Of a DNA stretch of 41,464 nucleotides, positions 1-8,384 are shown in pieces (within the stretch, counting starts at the first letter, position 1; every line of letters starts with the position of its first letter). The stretch spans positions 1 through 41,464 of the forward strand of contig CAYVFO010000003.1 of NCBI GenBank assembly GCA_964450975.1. Reading direction: 5' to 3'. The notes beneath the pieces were generated by a model. The model did not search any database, was not told where the DNA came from, and worked only from the letters and a program-made list of their open reading frames with translations. This DNA comes from an uncultured Elusimicrobia bacterium. Its GTDB lineage: Bacteria; Elusimicrobiota; Elusimicrobia; UBA1565; UBA9628. A program made the position numbers and the translations under genes.

Positions 1-72
1 TCTCGATGCGCGTCTTCGCGGTCGGGGCGGTCATCCCCCGATGATACAAAAACCCGCGTAACCGGGACGACA

Positions 73-101
73 TTGACGGTGCCCGACGAGGCCGCTATAC
101 T
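73..101 (+). promoter_or_regulatory. sigma70-type promoter for the radical SAM gene
   Basis: TTGACG (73-78), 17-nt spacer, TATACT (96-101). GAGGG (117-121) lies 7 nt before ATG 129. The same TTGACG/TATACT pair recurs at 16663-16690. Confidence 0.6.
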
Positions 102-128
102 GGGTATAGGCTCGACGAGGGCCTCCCC

Positions 129-1736
129 ATGTACGTGCCTCTTAAGGAAGCCGTCATCCGCCCGTCCCTGCCCGCCCAGGCCGGCATGGCGGAGACCATC
201 CCGGCCGCCGACCACGGCGCGCTGCTTTCGCGCATCGCCAAGTTCCCCAAGAATCCGCGCATTCTCCTGCTCGAGCCCTACTACCCGGCCGAGGCCGCGT
301 GGGGCTCGGTCAAGGTCGAGCAGGGCTTTCTCCCTCCGCTCGGCACGATCTCGATCTACCGCTGGCTCAAGGACAAGGGCTACGCCGTGGACTTCGTCGA
401 CACGCAGTTCGGAGACTACGACGCCGAGTCCCTCGCCGGCCTCATGCGAGAGAAGAAGTACGACCTCGTCGGCCTTCCGCTGTTCACGCCCACCGCGGGC
501 CACGTGTTCTCGACGGCGAAGCTCATCCGCAAAAACCTGCCCGACGCGGTCATCCTGTACGGCGGCGTGCACGCGACCTCGATGTCGGCCGAGACGCTCG
601 GCGAGTCGCCCGAGTGCGACTTCGTCATCCGCCGCGAGGGCGAGCTCACGATCGTCGAGCTCATCGAGGCGCTCAAGAAGCATCAGACGACTTTCGCCGA
701 AATCGTCGGCCTGACGTGGCGCAAGGACGCGACGACGGCCGTGCTCAACCCGGACCGCAACCTGCTGCCCGAGCTCGACGAGCTGCCGAAGGGTCTCTTC
801 GGCGACCTCGACCTCAAGCGCTACATCCCGCACCCGACGCAGTACACGCGCCTGCCGAACTATCCGTTCGTCATGCAGCGCGGCTGCCCGTACCCGTGCA
901 CGTTCTGCGAGGCGCACGTCGCGCTCGGCAAGAAGCTCCGCCTGCTCACGCCCGAGCGCGTCATCGAGGAGCTCAAGATCCTCAAGTACGAGAAAGGCGC
1001 GCGCGGCATCTACTTCCAGGATTCGACGTTCACGATCAACCGCGAGTACATCACGAAGGTCTTCGAGCTCATGATCAAGGAGGGCGTCAACGACCTCCGG
1101 TGGTCGTGCACGACGCGCACCGACCGCGTCGACCCCGACCTGCTCGCGCTCATGCACGAGGCGGGCTGCCGCAACATCCTCTACGGCATCGAGTCCGCGA
1201 ACGAGCAGTCGCTCGCCGTCATCAAGAAGGGCATCACCGCCGAGCGTCAGGCCATGGGCGTCGAGTGGACGCACAAGGCCAAGATCACGATGACGAACAG
1301 CTTCATCATCTGCCTGCCCGGCGAGGACGAGGAGATGGTGCAGAACACCATCACCTACGCCAAGAAGCTCGCCGCGCAGATGAGCCTGTTCTACCTGCCC
1401 GTGCCCTACCCCGGCTCGGACCTCTACCAGGCGTGCAAGGCCGACGGCGGCCTGCGCAAGTGGGACAACTGGAACGACTTCCTGTCGATCGACTTCGACA
1501 ACCCGATCTACGTGAACCCGAAGATCGGCAAGGAGCGCATGAAGTACTGGTACCGCGAGGCGTTCGTCCAGTACTACTCGACGCCCGCCGTCTGGATGAA
1601 CAACCTCAAGGCGCTGTGCCGCAACGGCGGCATCGGCCGCTATCTGCGCGGCGTCAACGCGCTGCGCGCGCTCGTCTCGCGCAACCCGGGCCGCGGCCTC
1701 CTGCCCGCGCGCCCGTCCGGCGTCGAAGCCGCTTAG
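129..1736 (+). CDS. B12-binding domain radical SAM protein
   Basis: 535-aa ORF. N-terminal Rossmann-like cobalamin-binding-type region (RILLLEPYYP, LVGLPLFTPTAG), then the radical SAM cluster motif CPYPCTFC (CX3CX2C). Strong GC3 bias. An alternative start at M20 (186) is possible. Confidence 0.8.
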   Translation: MYVPLKEAVIRPSLPAQAGMAETIPAADHGALLSRIAKFPKNPRILLLEPYYPAEAAWGSVKVEQGFLPPLGTISIYRWLKDKGYAVDFVDTQFGDYDAESLAGLMREKKYDLVGLPLFTPTAGHVFSTAKLIRKNLPDAVILYGGVHATSMSAETLGESPECDFVIRREGELTIVELIEALKKHQTTFAEIVGLTWRKDATTAVLNPDRNLLPELDELPKGLFGDLDLKRYIPHPTQYTRLPNYPFVMQRGCPYPCTFCEAHVALGKKLRLLTPERVIEELKILKYEKGARGIYFQDSTFTINREYITKVFELMIKEGVNDLRWSCTTRTDRVDPDLLALMHEAGCRNILYGIESANEQSLAVIKKGITAERQAMGVEWTHKAKITMTNSFIICLPGEDEEMVQNTITYAKKLAAQMSLFYLPVPYPGSDLYQACKADGGLRKWDNWNDFLSIDFDNPIYVNPKIGKERMKYWYREAFVQYYSTPAVWMNNLKALCRNGGIGRYLRGVNALRALVSRNPGRGLLPARPSGVEAA

Positions 1737-2044
1737 CGCTTCCCGAGCTTCTCGGCCGCGCGGATGCGCGCGAGAAGCGCCTTCCCGTCGGGATGGCTCG
1801 GGTCCGCCGCGAACACGTCGAGCAGCAGGTCCTTGGCGAGCCCGTAATCCCCGTCGAGATACGCCTGCGTCGCCTCGTAGTGGAGGCGGTCGGCCTCGCG
1901 GCGCGCCTCCGCCGTCACCGGCTTCGGCGCCTGGACGGCGGGCTTGGGCTTCGGGCGGACGCACGCCGCGCCGAGCACGAGGACCGCGAGGACGAAGGCC
2001 TTCTTCAGAAGCCGAGCACCGATTCCGGCCGCAGGAAATGGCAC
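1733..2044 (-). CDS. small exported or lipoprotein-like protein with helical TPR-like tail
   Basis: C-terminal part of track ORF 1733..2932(-): ...[27 protein letters not shown]... then [19 protein letters not shown]. Start is uncertain: GTG at 2044 (40-nt overlap with msrAB) or CTG at 2008 (CTGA overlap with the msrAB stop). Confidence 0.45.
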   Translation of the reverse strand: MPFPAAGIGARLLKKAFVLAVLVLGAACVRPKPKPAVQAPKPVTAEARREADRLHYEATQAYLDGDYGLAKDLLLDVFAADPSHPDGKALLARIRAAEKLGKR

Positions 2045-3096
2045 GTGTAGCCGTCGGGCTTCTTGACCAGATAGTCCTGGTGATAATCCTCGGCCTTCCA
2101 CCACGGGCCCGCCTTCTCGACTTGCGTCACGATCGGCGCGCCCCACTTGCCCTTCTCGTTGACCTTCTTGATGAAGGCCTCCGCCGTCTTCCTCTGCTCG
2201 TCGGAGTGGAAGAAGATCGCCGAGCGGTAGGACGTGCCGCGGTCGTTGCCCTGGCGGTCCTTCGTCGTCGGATCGTGCATGCGGAAGTACCAGCGCAGCA
2301 AAGTCTCGACGGAGACCTTCTCGGGGTCGAAGACGACGCGCACTGCCTCGGCGTGGCCCTCGTGGTTCTCGTAGGTCGCGTTGGCGACGCGGCCGCCCGA
2401 GTAGCCGACCTCGGTCGAGAGCACGCCCGGAATCTTGCGCAGGAGCTGCTGCATGCCCCAGAAGCAGCCGCCGGCGAGGTCGATCGTCTCCATCTTCTTG
2501 GTCTCCTTGCGCGCGGGCGCCGGCTTCGCCTTGGCCGGCTTGCCCGCGTTGCCCGCGGGGCCGAACAGCGGCAGGTAGCGGCCGTAGCCCTCCTTTTCGA
2601 GATCCTTCACCGACACGAACCGCAGCGACGCCGAATTGATGCAGAAGCGCAGCCCGCCCTTGTCCTTCGGGCCGTCGTCGAAGACGTGGCCGAGGTGCGA
2701 GTCGCCGTGCTTGGAGCGCACCTCGGTGCGGACCATGCCGAACTCGAAGTCCTTCTTCTCGACGACGTTCTCCTTGTCGATGGGCTTCGTGAAGCTCGGC
2801 CAGCCCGTGCCGGAGTCGAACTTGTCCGTCGAGGAGAACAGCGGCTCGCCGCTGGCGACGTCCACGTAGATGCCGGCCTCGTGGTGGTTCCAGAACGCGT
2901 TCTTGAACGGGGGCTCGGTGCCCGAGTTGCATACCACGGCGAACTGCTCGGGGGTGAGCTTCTTCTTGAGCTCTTCCTTCGAGGGCTTCGAGAAGGTCAT
3001 CTTCTCCTCCTTGCCGGCCGGAGCCGCGCGCAGCGGCAGGGCCAGAGCGGCGATCAACGTCAAGGCCGTCATCATGGGGGTGATCATAGCACTCAT
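2005..3096 (-). CDS. msrAB: exported bifunctional peptide-methionine sulfoxide reductase (MsrB domain then MsrA domain)
   Basis: Last 363 codons of track ORF 2005..3765(-). Signal peptide [25 protein letters not shown]. MsrB motifs GWPSF and RFCINS; MsrA motif GGCFWG. The rest of that ORF is an R/E-rich artefact antisense to ccdA. Confidence 0.9.
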   Translation of the reverse strand: MSAMITPMMTALTLIAALALPLRAAPAGKEEKMTFSKPSKEELKKKLTPEQFAVVCNSGTEPPFKNAFWNHHEAGIYVDVASGEPLFSSTDKFDSGTGWPSFTKPIDKENVVEKKDFEFGMVRTEVRSKHGDSHLGHVFDDGPKDKGGLRFCINSASLRFVSVKDLEKEGYGRYLPLFGPAGNAGKPAKAKPAPARKETKKMETIDLAGGCFWGMQQLLRKIPGVLSTEVGYSGGRVANATYENHEGHAEAVRVVFDPEKVSVETLLRWYFRMHDPTTKDRQGNDRGTSYRSAIFFHSDEQRKTAEAFIKKVNEKGKWGAPIVTQVEKAGPWWKAEDYHQDYLVKKPDGYTCHFLRPESVLGF

Positions 3097-3153
3097 GAGT
3101 GTCGGGGACGGCCCGGGGATGTCGCCTCGGGGTGAAATGATAGGATGAATGAA

Positions 3154-3888
3154 ATGAACCCGGGAACCGTCGGCTACGGAGCGGCTCTGCTCGCGGGAGT
3201 GGTCTCTTTCCTCTCGCCGTGCGTGCTGCCGCTCGTCCCCGGGTACATCTCCTTCATGAGCGGCCTGACGCTCGAGGAACTGTCCGCCGGCGCGAACGAC
3301 AAGGCGCGCCTGCGCCACGCGGGGTGGGAGTCGCTGTTCTTCGTGCTCGGCTTCTCCGTCGTCTTCACTCTCTTGGGCGCGACGGCGACGACGCTGGGCC
3401 GCCTGCTCGCCGAGTACGCGCACGTCGTCTCCAAGGTCGCAGGCGCGGTCGTCGTGCTCTTCGGCCTCCACCTCACGGGCCTCGTCCCGATCAAGATCCT
3501 TTATTATCAGAAGCGCGCCGACACCGCCGCGTTCAAGCCGGGCTACGTCGGCTCGTTTCTGATGGGCCTGGCGTTCGCGTTCGGGTGGACGCCGTGCATC
3601 GGGCCGATCCTCTCCGGCATCCTCGCGCTCGCCGCGACGCGCGAGACCGTCGGCCAGGGCATGGCGCTCCTCTTCGTCTACTCGCTCGGGCTCGGCGTTC
3701 CGTTCGTGCTCACCGGCTTCGCCGTCACCGGCTTCATGCGCTTCTTCTCCCGCTTCAAGCGCCACATCCGGACGGCCGAGATGGTCTCCGGCGCCCTGCT
3801 GGTCGCGATCGGCCTGCTGATCTTCTTCGACAAGCTCACGTGGCTCAACCGCTTCGCGCCGAAGGCCCTCGAGCGCTTCCTCCTCTGA
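3154..3888 (+). CDS. ccdA: CcdA/DsbD-family transmembrane thiol-disulfide electron transporter
   Basis: Multi-TM protein with the two conserved Cys motifs [12 protein letters not shown] and WTPCIGPIL. Start placed at ATG 3154 because TGaTAGGAT (3138-3146) lies 7 nt upstream; ATG 3145 is the alternative. Confidence 0.85.
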   Translation: MNPGTVGYGAALLAGVVSFLSPCVLPLVPGYISFMSGLTLEELSAGANDKARLRHAGWESLFFVLGFSVVFTLLGATATTLGRLLAEYAHVVSKVAGAVVVLFGLHLTGLVPIKILYYQKRADTAAFKPGYVGSFLMGLAFAFGWTPCIGPILSGILALAATRETVGQGMALLFVYSLGLGVPFVLTGFAVTGFMRFFSRFKRHIRTAEMVSGALLVAIGLLIFFDKLTWLNRFAPKALERFLL

Positions 3889-4376
3889 TGAAAAACCTCC
3901 TCCGAGCCGCCGCCGTCGTCGTCGCCGCTCTCGCCCTGCACTCCGCGTGCGTCGGGCCCGACAACCAGAAAGCCGCCGAGCTGACCGGCCCCGGTCCCGA
4001 CGGCAAGCCCGTCGCGCTCGCGGACTTCAAGGACAAGGTCGTGCTCGTCGACTTCTGGGCGACGTGGTGCGACCCGTGCAAAGACGAGATCCCCGACCTC
4101 GTGAAGCTGCAGGACAAGCTCGGCCCGAAGGGCTTCACGGTGCTCGGCGCCTCGATGGACGAAGACGCCGAGGCGGCCAAGGCCTTCGCGAAGAAGATGA
4201 AGGTGAACTATCCGACGATGCTCCTCGGCGGCGAGCGTCCGCCGAAGGGCTGGATCGTTCCCGGCCTGCCGACGGCGTACCTCGTCGGCCGCGACGGGAT
4301 GATCCGCCAGCGCTGGTTCGGCTCGAAGTCCGTCGAGAAGGTCGAGGCGGAGATCGTTTCTGCTCTCGCGCGCTAG
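3888..4376 (+). CDS. TlpA/ResA-like periplasmic thioredoxin-fold protein
   Basis: ATG overlaps the ccdA TGA by 1 nt (TGATG). Signal peptide [21 protein letters not shown]. Active site WATWCDPC (CxxC). Confidence 0.85.
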   Translation: MKNLLRAAAVVVAALALHSACVGPDNQKAAELTGPGPDGKPVALADFKDKVVLVDFWATWCDPCKDEIPDLVKLQDKLGPKGFTVLGASMDEDAEAAKAFAKKMKVNYPTMLLGGERPPKGWIVPGLPTAYLVGRDGMIRQRWFGSKSVEKVEAEIVSALAR

Positions 4377-5166
4377 CCTCGCCGCGCTGGCGCTGCTGCT
4401 CGCCGGCGCCGCGCGCGCCGAGGACACCGGCGCGTTTCCGCAGGCCGAGGCCCTGTTTCCGCGCCTCGTCGCCGCGCCCAAGCAGATCCAGCTCGGCGCC
4501 AACCGCTACGCCCTGCGCGGCCGCGACTACTCCGATCTCTCGCTCGGACACGCGTGGGGCTTCTGGCGCGGACGCGCGGGCGATCAGCTCACGCAGTGGC
4601 AGGTCGACGCGCGCGCGATGTCCTTCTCGCGCTGGTCGACCGGCCTCGAAGCCGTCGACCTCGTCGCCGACCTCCCGTTCACCGTGCGCCGCGGCGACGT
4701 GAGCGCGCTCGTCGCGCTGTTCCACGAGAACTCTCACGTCGGCGACGACCACATCCGCCGCACGGGCCGCGCGGCCGTGCGCACGGCCGCGACCGGAATC
4801 CGGACGCTCGCGGCGCTCGAGCCGTGGGACTGGGCGCGCGGCTACGGCGGGCTCTCGTTCCTCTTCGACTCGGCCCCCTCCCCGAAGCGCTGGGGCTTCC
4901 AGACGGGCCTGGAGCTCACGACGCGCGAGCTCGGGCTCACGCCCGACCTGCCGCTGTGGCTCTACGCCGGAGAGGACCTGCAGTTCCACGAGCGCGTCGG
5001 CTTCAACCCGAACTCGCGCGTCGTCGCGGGGATCAAGGCCGCCTGGCCGGGCTCCCACAAGTCGGCGCGTCTGCAGTTCGGCTACTTCTCCGGGCACTCG
5101 TACTACGGGCAATTCTTCGCGGATCGCGAGCACTTCGCGGACGTTTCCGTGATCCTCGAGCTTTGA
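4360..5166 (+). CDS. DUF1207-like exported protein (start codon unresolved)
   Basis: The track gives only 4618..5166. The same frame is open from 4303, shows GC3 bias, and encodes a signal peptide ([24 protein letters not shown]) plus FPQAEALFPRLVAAPKQ. Motif HENSHVGDDH recalled from DUF1207. The only in-frame start candidates upstream of 4618 are CTG codons (4360, 4387 and others). Confidence 0.5.
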   Translation: MLSRASLAALALLLAGAARAEDTGAFPQAEALFPRLVAAPKQIQLGANRYALRGRDYSDLSLGHAWGFWRGRAGDQLTQWQVDARAMSFSRWSTGLEAVDLVADLPFTVRRGDVSALVALFHENSHVGDDHIRRTGRAAVRTAATGIRTLAALEPWDWARGYGGLSFLFDSAPSPKRWGFQTGLELTTRELGLTPDLPLWLYAGEDLQFHERVGFNPNSRVVAGIKAAWPGSHKSARLQFGYFSGHSYYGQFFADREHFADVSVILEL

Positions 5167-5179
5167 TAAGATCACGTCA

Positions 5180-6055
5180 ATGAGCAAGCTTACCCTCAGC
5201 GTGGTCGTCCCGGCCTACAACGAGGCCGAGGCCATCGGTCCCGTCGTGGCCGACCTCCACGCCGAGCTCGCCAAGCGCGGACTCGAGAGCGAGATCATCG
5301 TCGTCGACGACGGCTCCGCCGACCAGACGGCGAAGGCGGTCGACCCGAAGCACGCGCGCGTCATCCGCCACCCCGCCAACCGCGGCTACGGCCAGGCGCT
5401 GCTCACCGGCATCGAGGCCGCCAAGCACGAGTGGGTGCTCATGATCGACGCGGACGGCTCGTACCCGCCCGCCGAGATGCTCCGCCTGCTCGACTTCGCG
5501 CCCGACTTCGACCTCGTCATCGGCCAGCGCGAAGGCTCGCACTTCTGGGGAACGCCCGTGAAGGCGTTCCTGCGCTGGGTGTACCTGCGCCTGGCCTCCT
5601 TCGTCGCGGGCTTCCGCGTGCCCGACGCGAACTCGGGCCTGCGCCTCGTGCGCAAGTCGCTCGTCGACCGCCAGGGCCTCGTCCGCTGCCTCGGCTACTC
5701 GTTCACGACGACGATGACGCTCTCCTTCATCGTGCAGGGCCGCCTCGTGAAGTTCCACCCGATCGAGTTCCGCGCGCGGTCCGGCGGCCACTCGAAGGTG
5801 AAGCCCTTCCGCGACATCTTGCGCACGCTCCAGCTCATGACGCAGGTCATGATCATCTACAACCCGCTCAAGCTCTTCGCGACCGTCGCGATCGTCTTCG
5901 CGCTCAAATCCGTCGCGTTCTACGCCGCGTTCTACCACGGCTACGACCCCGTCTGGGTCGCCTGCGCGGCGGTCATGTCGCTCGCGAGCCTCGTCGCCTT
6001 CTCCGTCGGCTGCGTGCTCGACTCGATGCGCATGCACGGCCAGTGGCGCCCGTAG
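5180..6055 (+). CDS. family 2 glycosyltransferase, polyprenyl-phosphate sugar synthase-like with C-terminal TM helices
   Basis: VVVPAYNEA, VVDDGSADQT, DADGSYP (DxD). Hydrophobic C-terminus. TGaTAAGAT (5164-5172) lies 7 nt before the ATG. Confidence 0.8.
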   Translation: MSKLTLSVVVPAYNEAEAIGPVVADLHAELAKRGLESEIIVVDDGSADQTAKAVDPKHARVIRHPANRGYGQALLTGIEAAKHEWVLMIDADGSYPPAEMLRLLDFAPDFDLVIGQREGSHFWGTPVKAFLRWVYLRLASFVAGFRVPDANSGLRLVRKSLVDRQGLVRCLGYSFTTTMTLSFIVQGRLVKFHPIEFRARSGGHSKVKPFRDILRTLQLMTQVMIIYNPLKLFATVAIVFALKSVAFYAAFYHGYDPVWVACAAVMSLASLVAFSVGCVLDSMRMHGQWRP

Positions 6056-6060
6056 GCGCC

Positions 6061-7524
6061 GTGAACCTCGTCGTGGGCTCCGGCCCCTCCGGAGCGGCCG
6101 CCGCGTCGGCCCTGCTCGACGCCGGGAAAGAAGTCCTCATGCTCGACATCGGCCGCGTGCGCGAGGCGCATCCCTCGCGCGACCCGCGCGCCGGCGACGA
6201 CCCCGCGCGCAAATTGGTCCGCGGCTCCGCGTATCCGTACCTGTCCGACCGCGAGGCCGGACTCGTCCAGAAAGGCACCCGGTGCCTGGCGTCGGGCGGC
6301 AAGGGAGGTCTCTCGGCCGTCTGGGGCGCGAGCGTTCTTCCGTTCCCGGAGGAAGAGCTCGCCGAATGGCCGTTTCCCGCTCAAGAGCTGCGGCCGTTCT
6401 ACGCGAAGGCGGCCGCTTTGCTGGGCGTATCGGGCGTCCCCGATGATCTCGCCTCGTTGTTTCCGTTCCACGCCCCGCCTCTGCAGCCGTTGAATCCCTC
6501 GCTGCAGGCCCAATCCGTTCTGGCTCATTTCAACGCCAACGCCGTCGCGTTGAAGGCCGCCGGGTTTATTTGGGGTCGCGCGAGACACGCCGTTCGTTCC
6601 GGCCTGTGCGACTACAACGGGGGCTGCCTATCCGGCTGCCCGACCGGCGCGATCTTCGACGCGGCTCAGGCCGTGGATTCGCTGCTGAAGCGCCCCGGCT
6701 TCCGCTACGAGGGCGGAGTCACCGTCCTCTCCGTCGAGGAACGCGAAGGCGGCGTGCGCCTCCACGCGGCCCGCGCGGGGGCGTCGCGCTCCGTCTACGA
6801 CGGCGCCCGCGTCTTCATCGCCTGCGGCCCCCTCGCGACCGCGCGCCTCGTTCTCGGCTCGTTCGGAGCGCCGGAGAAGCCGCTCGAGCTCAAGACTCAG
6901 CCCTACTTCCTCCTGCCGATCTGCCTCGATCGCGACGTGCCCGGCGCGCCCGAGGCCGCGCTGCACACGCTCGCGCAGGCCTTCCTCGACTTCAAGGACC
7001 CCGCGGTCTCGAAGCGCCTCGTGCACCTCCAGATCTACGGCCACAACGAGTTCATCGCCGAGAAGCTCGCGCCCGCGCCCGGCTTCGTGAAGCGTCATTT
7101 CGCGCCTCGCCTGCTCGCGATCCAAGGCTACCTGCACTCCGACGAGGCCGCGCCGATCTCGGTGACGGCGAGCGGCAAGGGAGAGGACTGCCGGCTGACT
7201 TTGCGCGCGGGCGAGCGCCGCGAGGGCAAGGCCGCCGCGCGCCGAGCCGCCGCGAAGCTCGCCGCGCACGCCGAGGAGCTCGGGTTCACGACGATGCGCT
7301 TCATGATGAAGGCGGGCCGCCCCGGCGAGGGCAACCACGCGGGCGGCCTGTTTCCGATGCGCGCGAAGCCCGGCCCCTGGGAGACCGACGCTCTCGGCCG
7401 CCTCGGCGGGCGCGCGAACGTCCACCTCGTCGACAGCTCCGTGCTGCCGACGATGCCGGCCTCGACGTTCACCTACGCCGTCATGGCGAACGCCGGCCGG
7501 ATCGCGACGAGGGCGGCCGCATGA
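6061..7524 (+). CDS. GMC-family FAD-dependent oxidoreductase
   Basis: GTG 6061 lies 5 nt after the GT2 stop. VVGSGPSGAAAA dinucleotide-binding motif. C-terminal NVHLVDSSVLPTMPASTFTYAVMANAGRIA is typical of the GMC C-terminal domain. The upstream 210 codons of track ORF 5431..7524 overlap the GT2 gene and are rejected. Confidence 0.75.
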   Translation: MNLVVGSGPSGAAAASALLDAGKEVLMLDIGRVREAHPSRDPRAGDDPARKLVRGSAYPYLSDREAGLVQKGTRCLASGGKGGLSAVWGASVLPFPEEELAEWPFPAQELRPFYAKAAALLGVSGVPDDLASLFPFHAPPLQPLNPSLQAQSVLAHFNANAVALKAAGFIWGRARHAVRSGLCDYNGGCLSGCPTGAIFDAAQAVDSLLKRPGFRYEGGVTVLSVEEREGGVRLHAARAGASRSVYDGARVFIACGPLATARLVLGSFGAPEKPLELKTQPYFLLPICLDRDVPGAPEAALHTLAQAFLDFKDPAVSKRLVHLQIYGHNEFIAEKLAPAPGFVKRHFAPRLLAIQGYLHSDEAAPISVTASGKGEDCRLTLRAGERREGKAAARRAAAKLAAHAEELGFTTMRFMMKAGRPGEGNHAGGLFPMRAKPGPWETDALGRLGGRANVHLVDSSVLPTMPASTFTYAVMANAGRIATRAAA

Positions 7525-8354
7525 TGGTCGCGGTCACCGGCGCCCAGGGCCTCGTCGGGACTCGGCTGTGCGCCGCGCTCGCCGCCGCCGGGCACGGCGT
7601 CCGGCGCCTCACGCGAAATCCCGCCGGCCCGCACGACCGCAAGTTCGTTCTCGGAACGGACGTCGGTCCGAACGTCCTCTCCGGCTGCGACGCGCTCATC
7701 CACTCCGCCTACGACTTCAAGGCGCTCGGCTGGGAGGAGATCCACCGCGTCAACGTCGAGGGCTCGATGAAGCTCATCGCCGCCGCCGCGACCGCCGGGA
7801 TCAAGCGCATCGTCTTCGTCTCGACGGTCTCGGCCTTCGAGGACGCCGTCTCGAACTACGGCCGCGGCAAGATCCTCGTCGAGAAGATGGTCCTGGCCGG
7901 CGGCGGGATCGTCGTGCGGCCCGGCCTGGTCTGGGGCGGCTCCGGCGGCTTCTACGGCACGCTCGAGAAAGCCTGCGCCGCGCCCCTTCTGCCGGTCTTC
8001 GACGGCGGCCGCCAGCCGCTGCAGATGGTGCACATCGACGACGCGGTCCGCGACCTGATCTCGGCTTTGACGTGGGACCCGAAGCTCGCCGGCGGGCCGG
8101 TCACCTCCGCGCACCCCGAGCCCGTCTACTTCCGGACCTTGCTCCAGAGGATCGGCGCCTCCAAGGGCCGGACGATCCGCACGCTCTCGATCCCGTCCGG
8201 TCTGGCTTTGTTCGGGCTCCGGTTCTCGGAAGCCCTCGGTATTCCGACCGGGTTTCGCTCCGACAGCCTGGTTTCTTTGATCAATCCGAACCGGAATTAC
8301 GACTGGTCGGCTCATCGTGCCCTCGGGTTGTCCTACCGCCCGTACTCCCCCTAG
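7521..8354 (+). CDS. NAD(P)-dependent epimerase/dehydratase-family SDR
   Basis: ATGA overlap with the GMC gene stop. VTGAQGLVG (TGxxGxxG) and YGRGK (YxxxK). Confidence 0.8.
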   Translation: MMVAVTGAQGLVGTRLCAALAAAGHGVRRLTRNPAGPHDRKFVLGTDVGPNVLSGCDALIHSAYDFKALGWEEIHRVNVEGSMKLIAAAATAGIKRIVFVSTVSAFEDAVSNYGRGKILVEKMVLAGGGIVVRPGLVWGGSGGFYGTLEKACAAPLLPVFDGGRQPLQMVHIDDAVRDLISALTWDPKLAGGPVTSAHPEPVYFRTLLQRIGASKGRTIRTLSIPSGLALFGLRFSEALGIPTGFRSDSLVSLINPNRNYDWSAHRALGLSYRPYSP

Positions 8355-8368
8355 CCCCGACGGGGAAT

Positions 8369-8377
8369 TGGTATAAT
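8369..8377 (+). promoter_or_regulatory. extended -10 box (TGgTATAAT) for leaderless mutS
   Basis: TGGTATAAT at 8369-8377, 7 nt before ATG 8385. No SD can fit in that space. Confidence 0.5.
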
Positions 8378-8384
8378 CTCGACG

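Noticed and set aside
1-34. Possible minus-strand gene start (ATG at 34, MTAPTAKTRIE...) leaving the window
   Set aside because: Only 11 codons are visible, which is too short to support as a feature.
1733-2011. CTG start (CTGA overlap with the msrAB stop) for the small lipoprotein-like gene
   Set aside because: An in-frame GTG at 2044 gives a plausible longer signal peptide, so a non-canonical start is not required here, unlike the DUF1207-like gene.
299-2050. 583-aa ORF, and 73..714, in alternative frames over the radical SAM gene
   Set aside because: Extremely Arg/Pro/Ala-rich with no domain signatures. Frame 129..1736 carries the CX3CX2C and B12-domain features.
5431-6060. Upstream 210 codons of track ORF 5431..7524
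   Set aside because: They overlap the GT2 gene in another frame and are R/P/A-rich. The GMC dinucleotide-binding motif begins right after GTG 6061.
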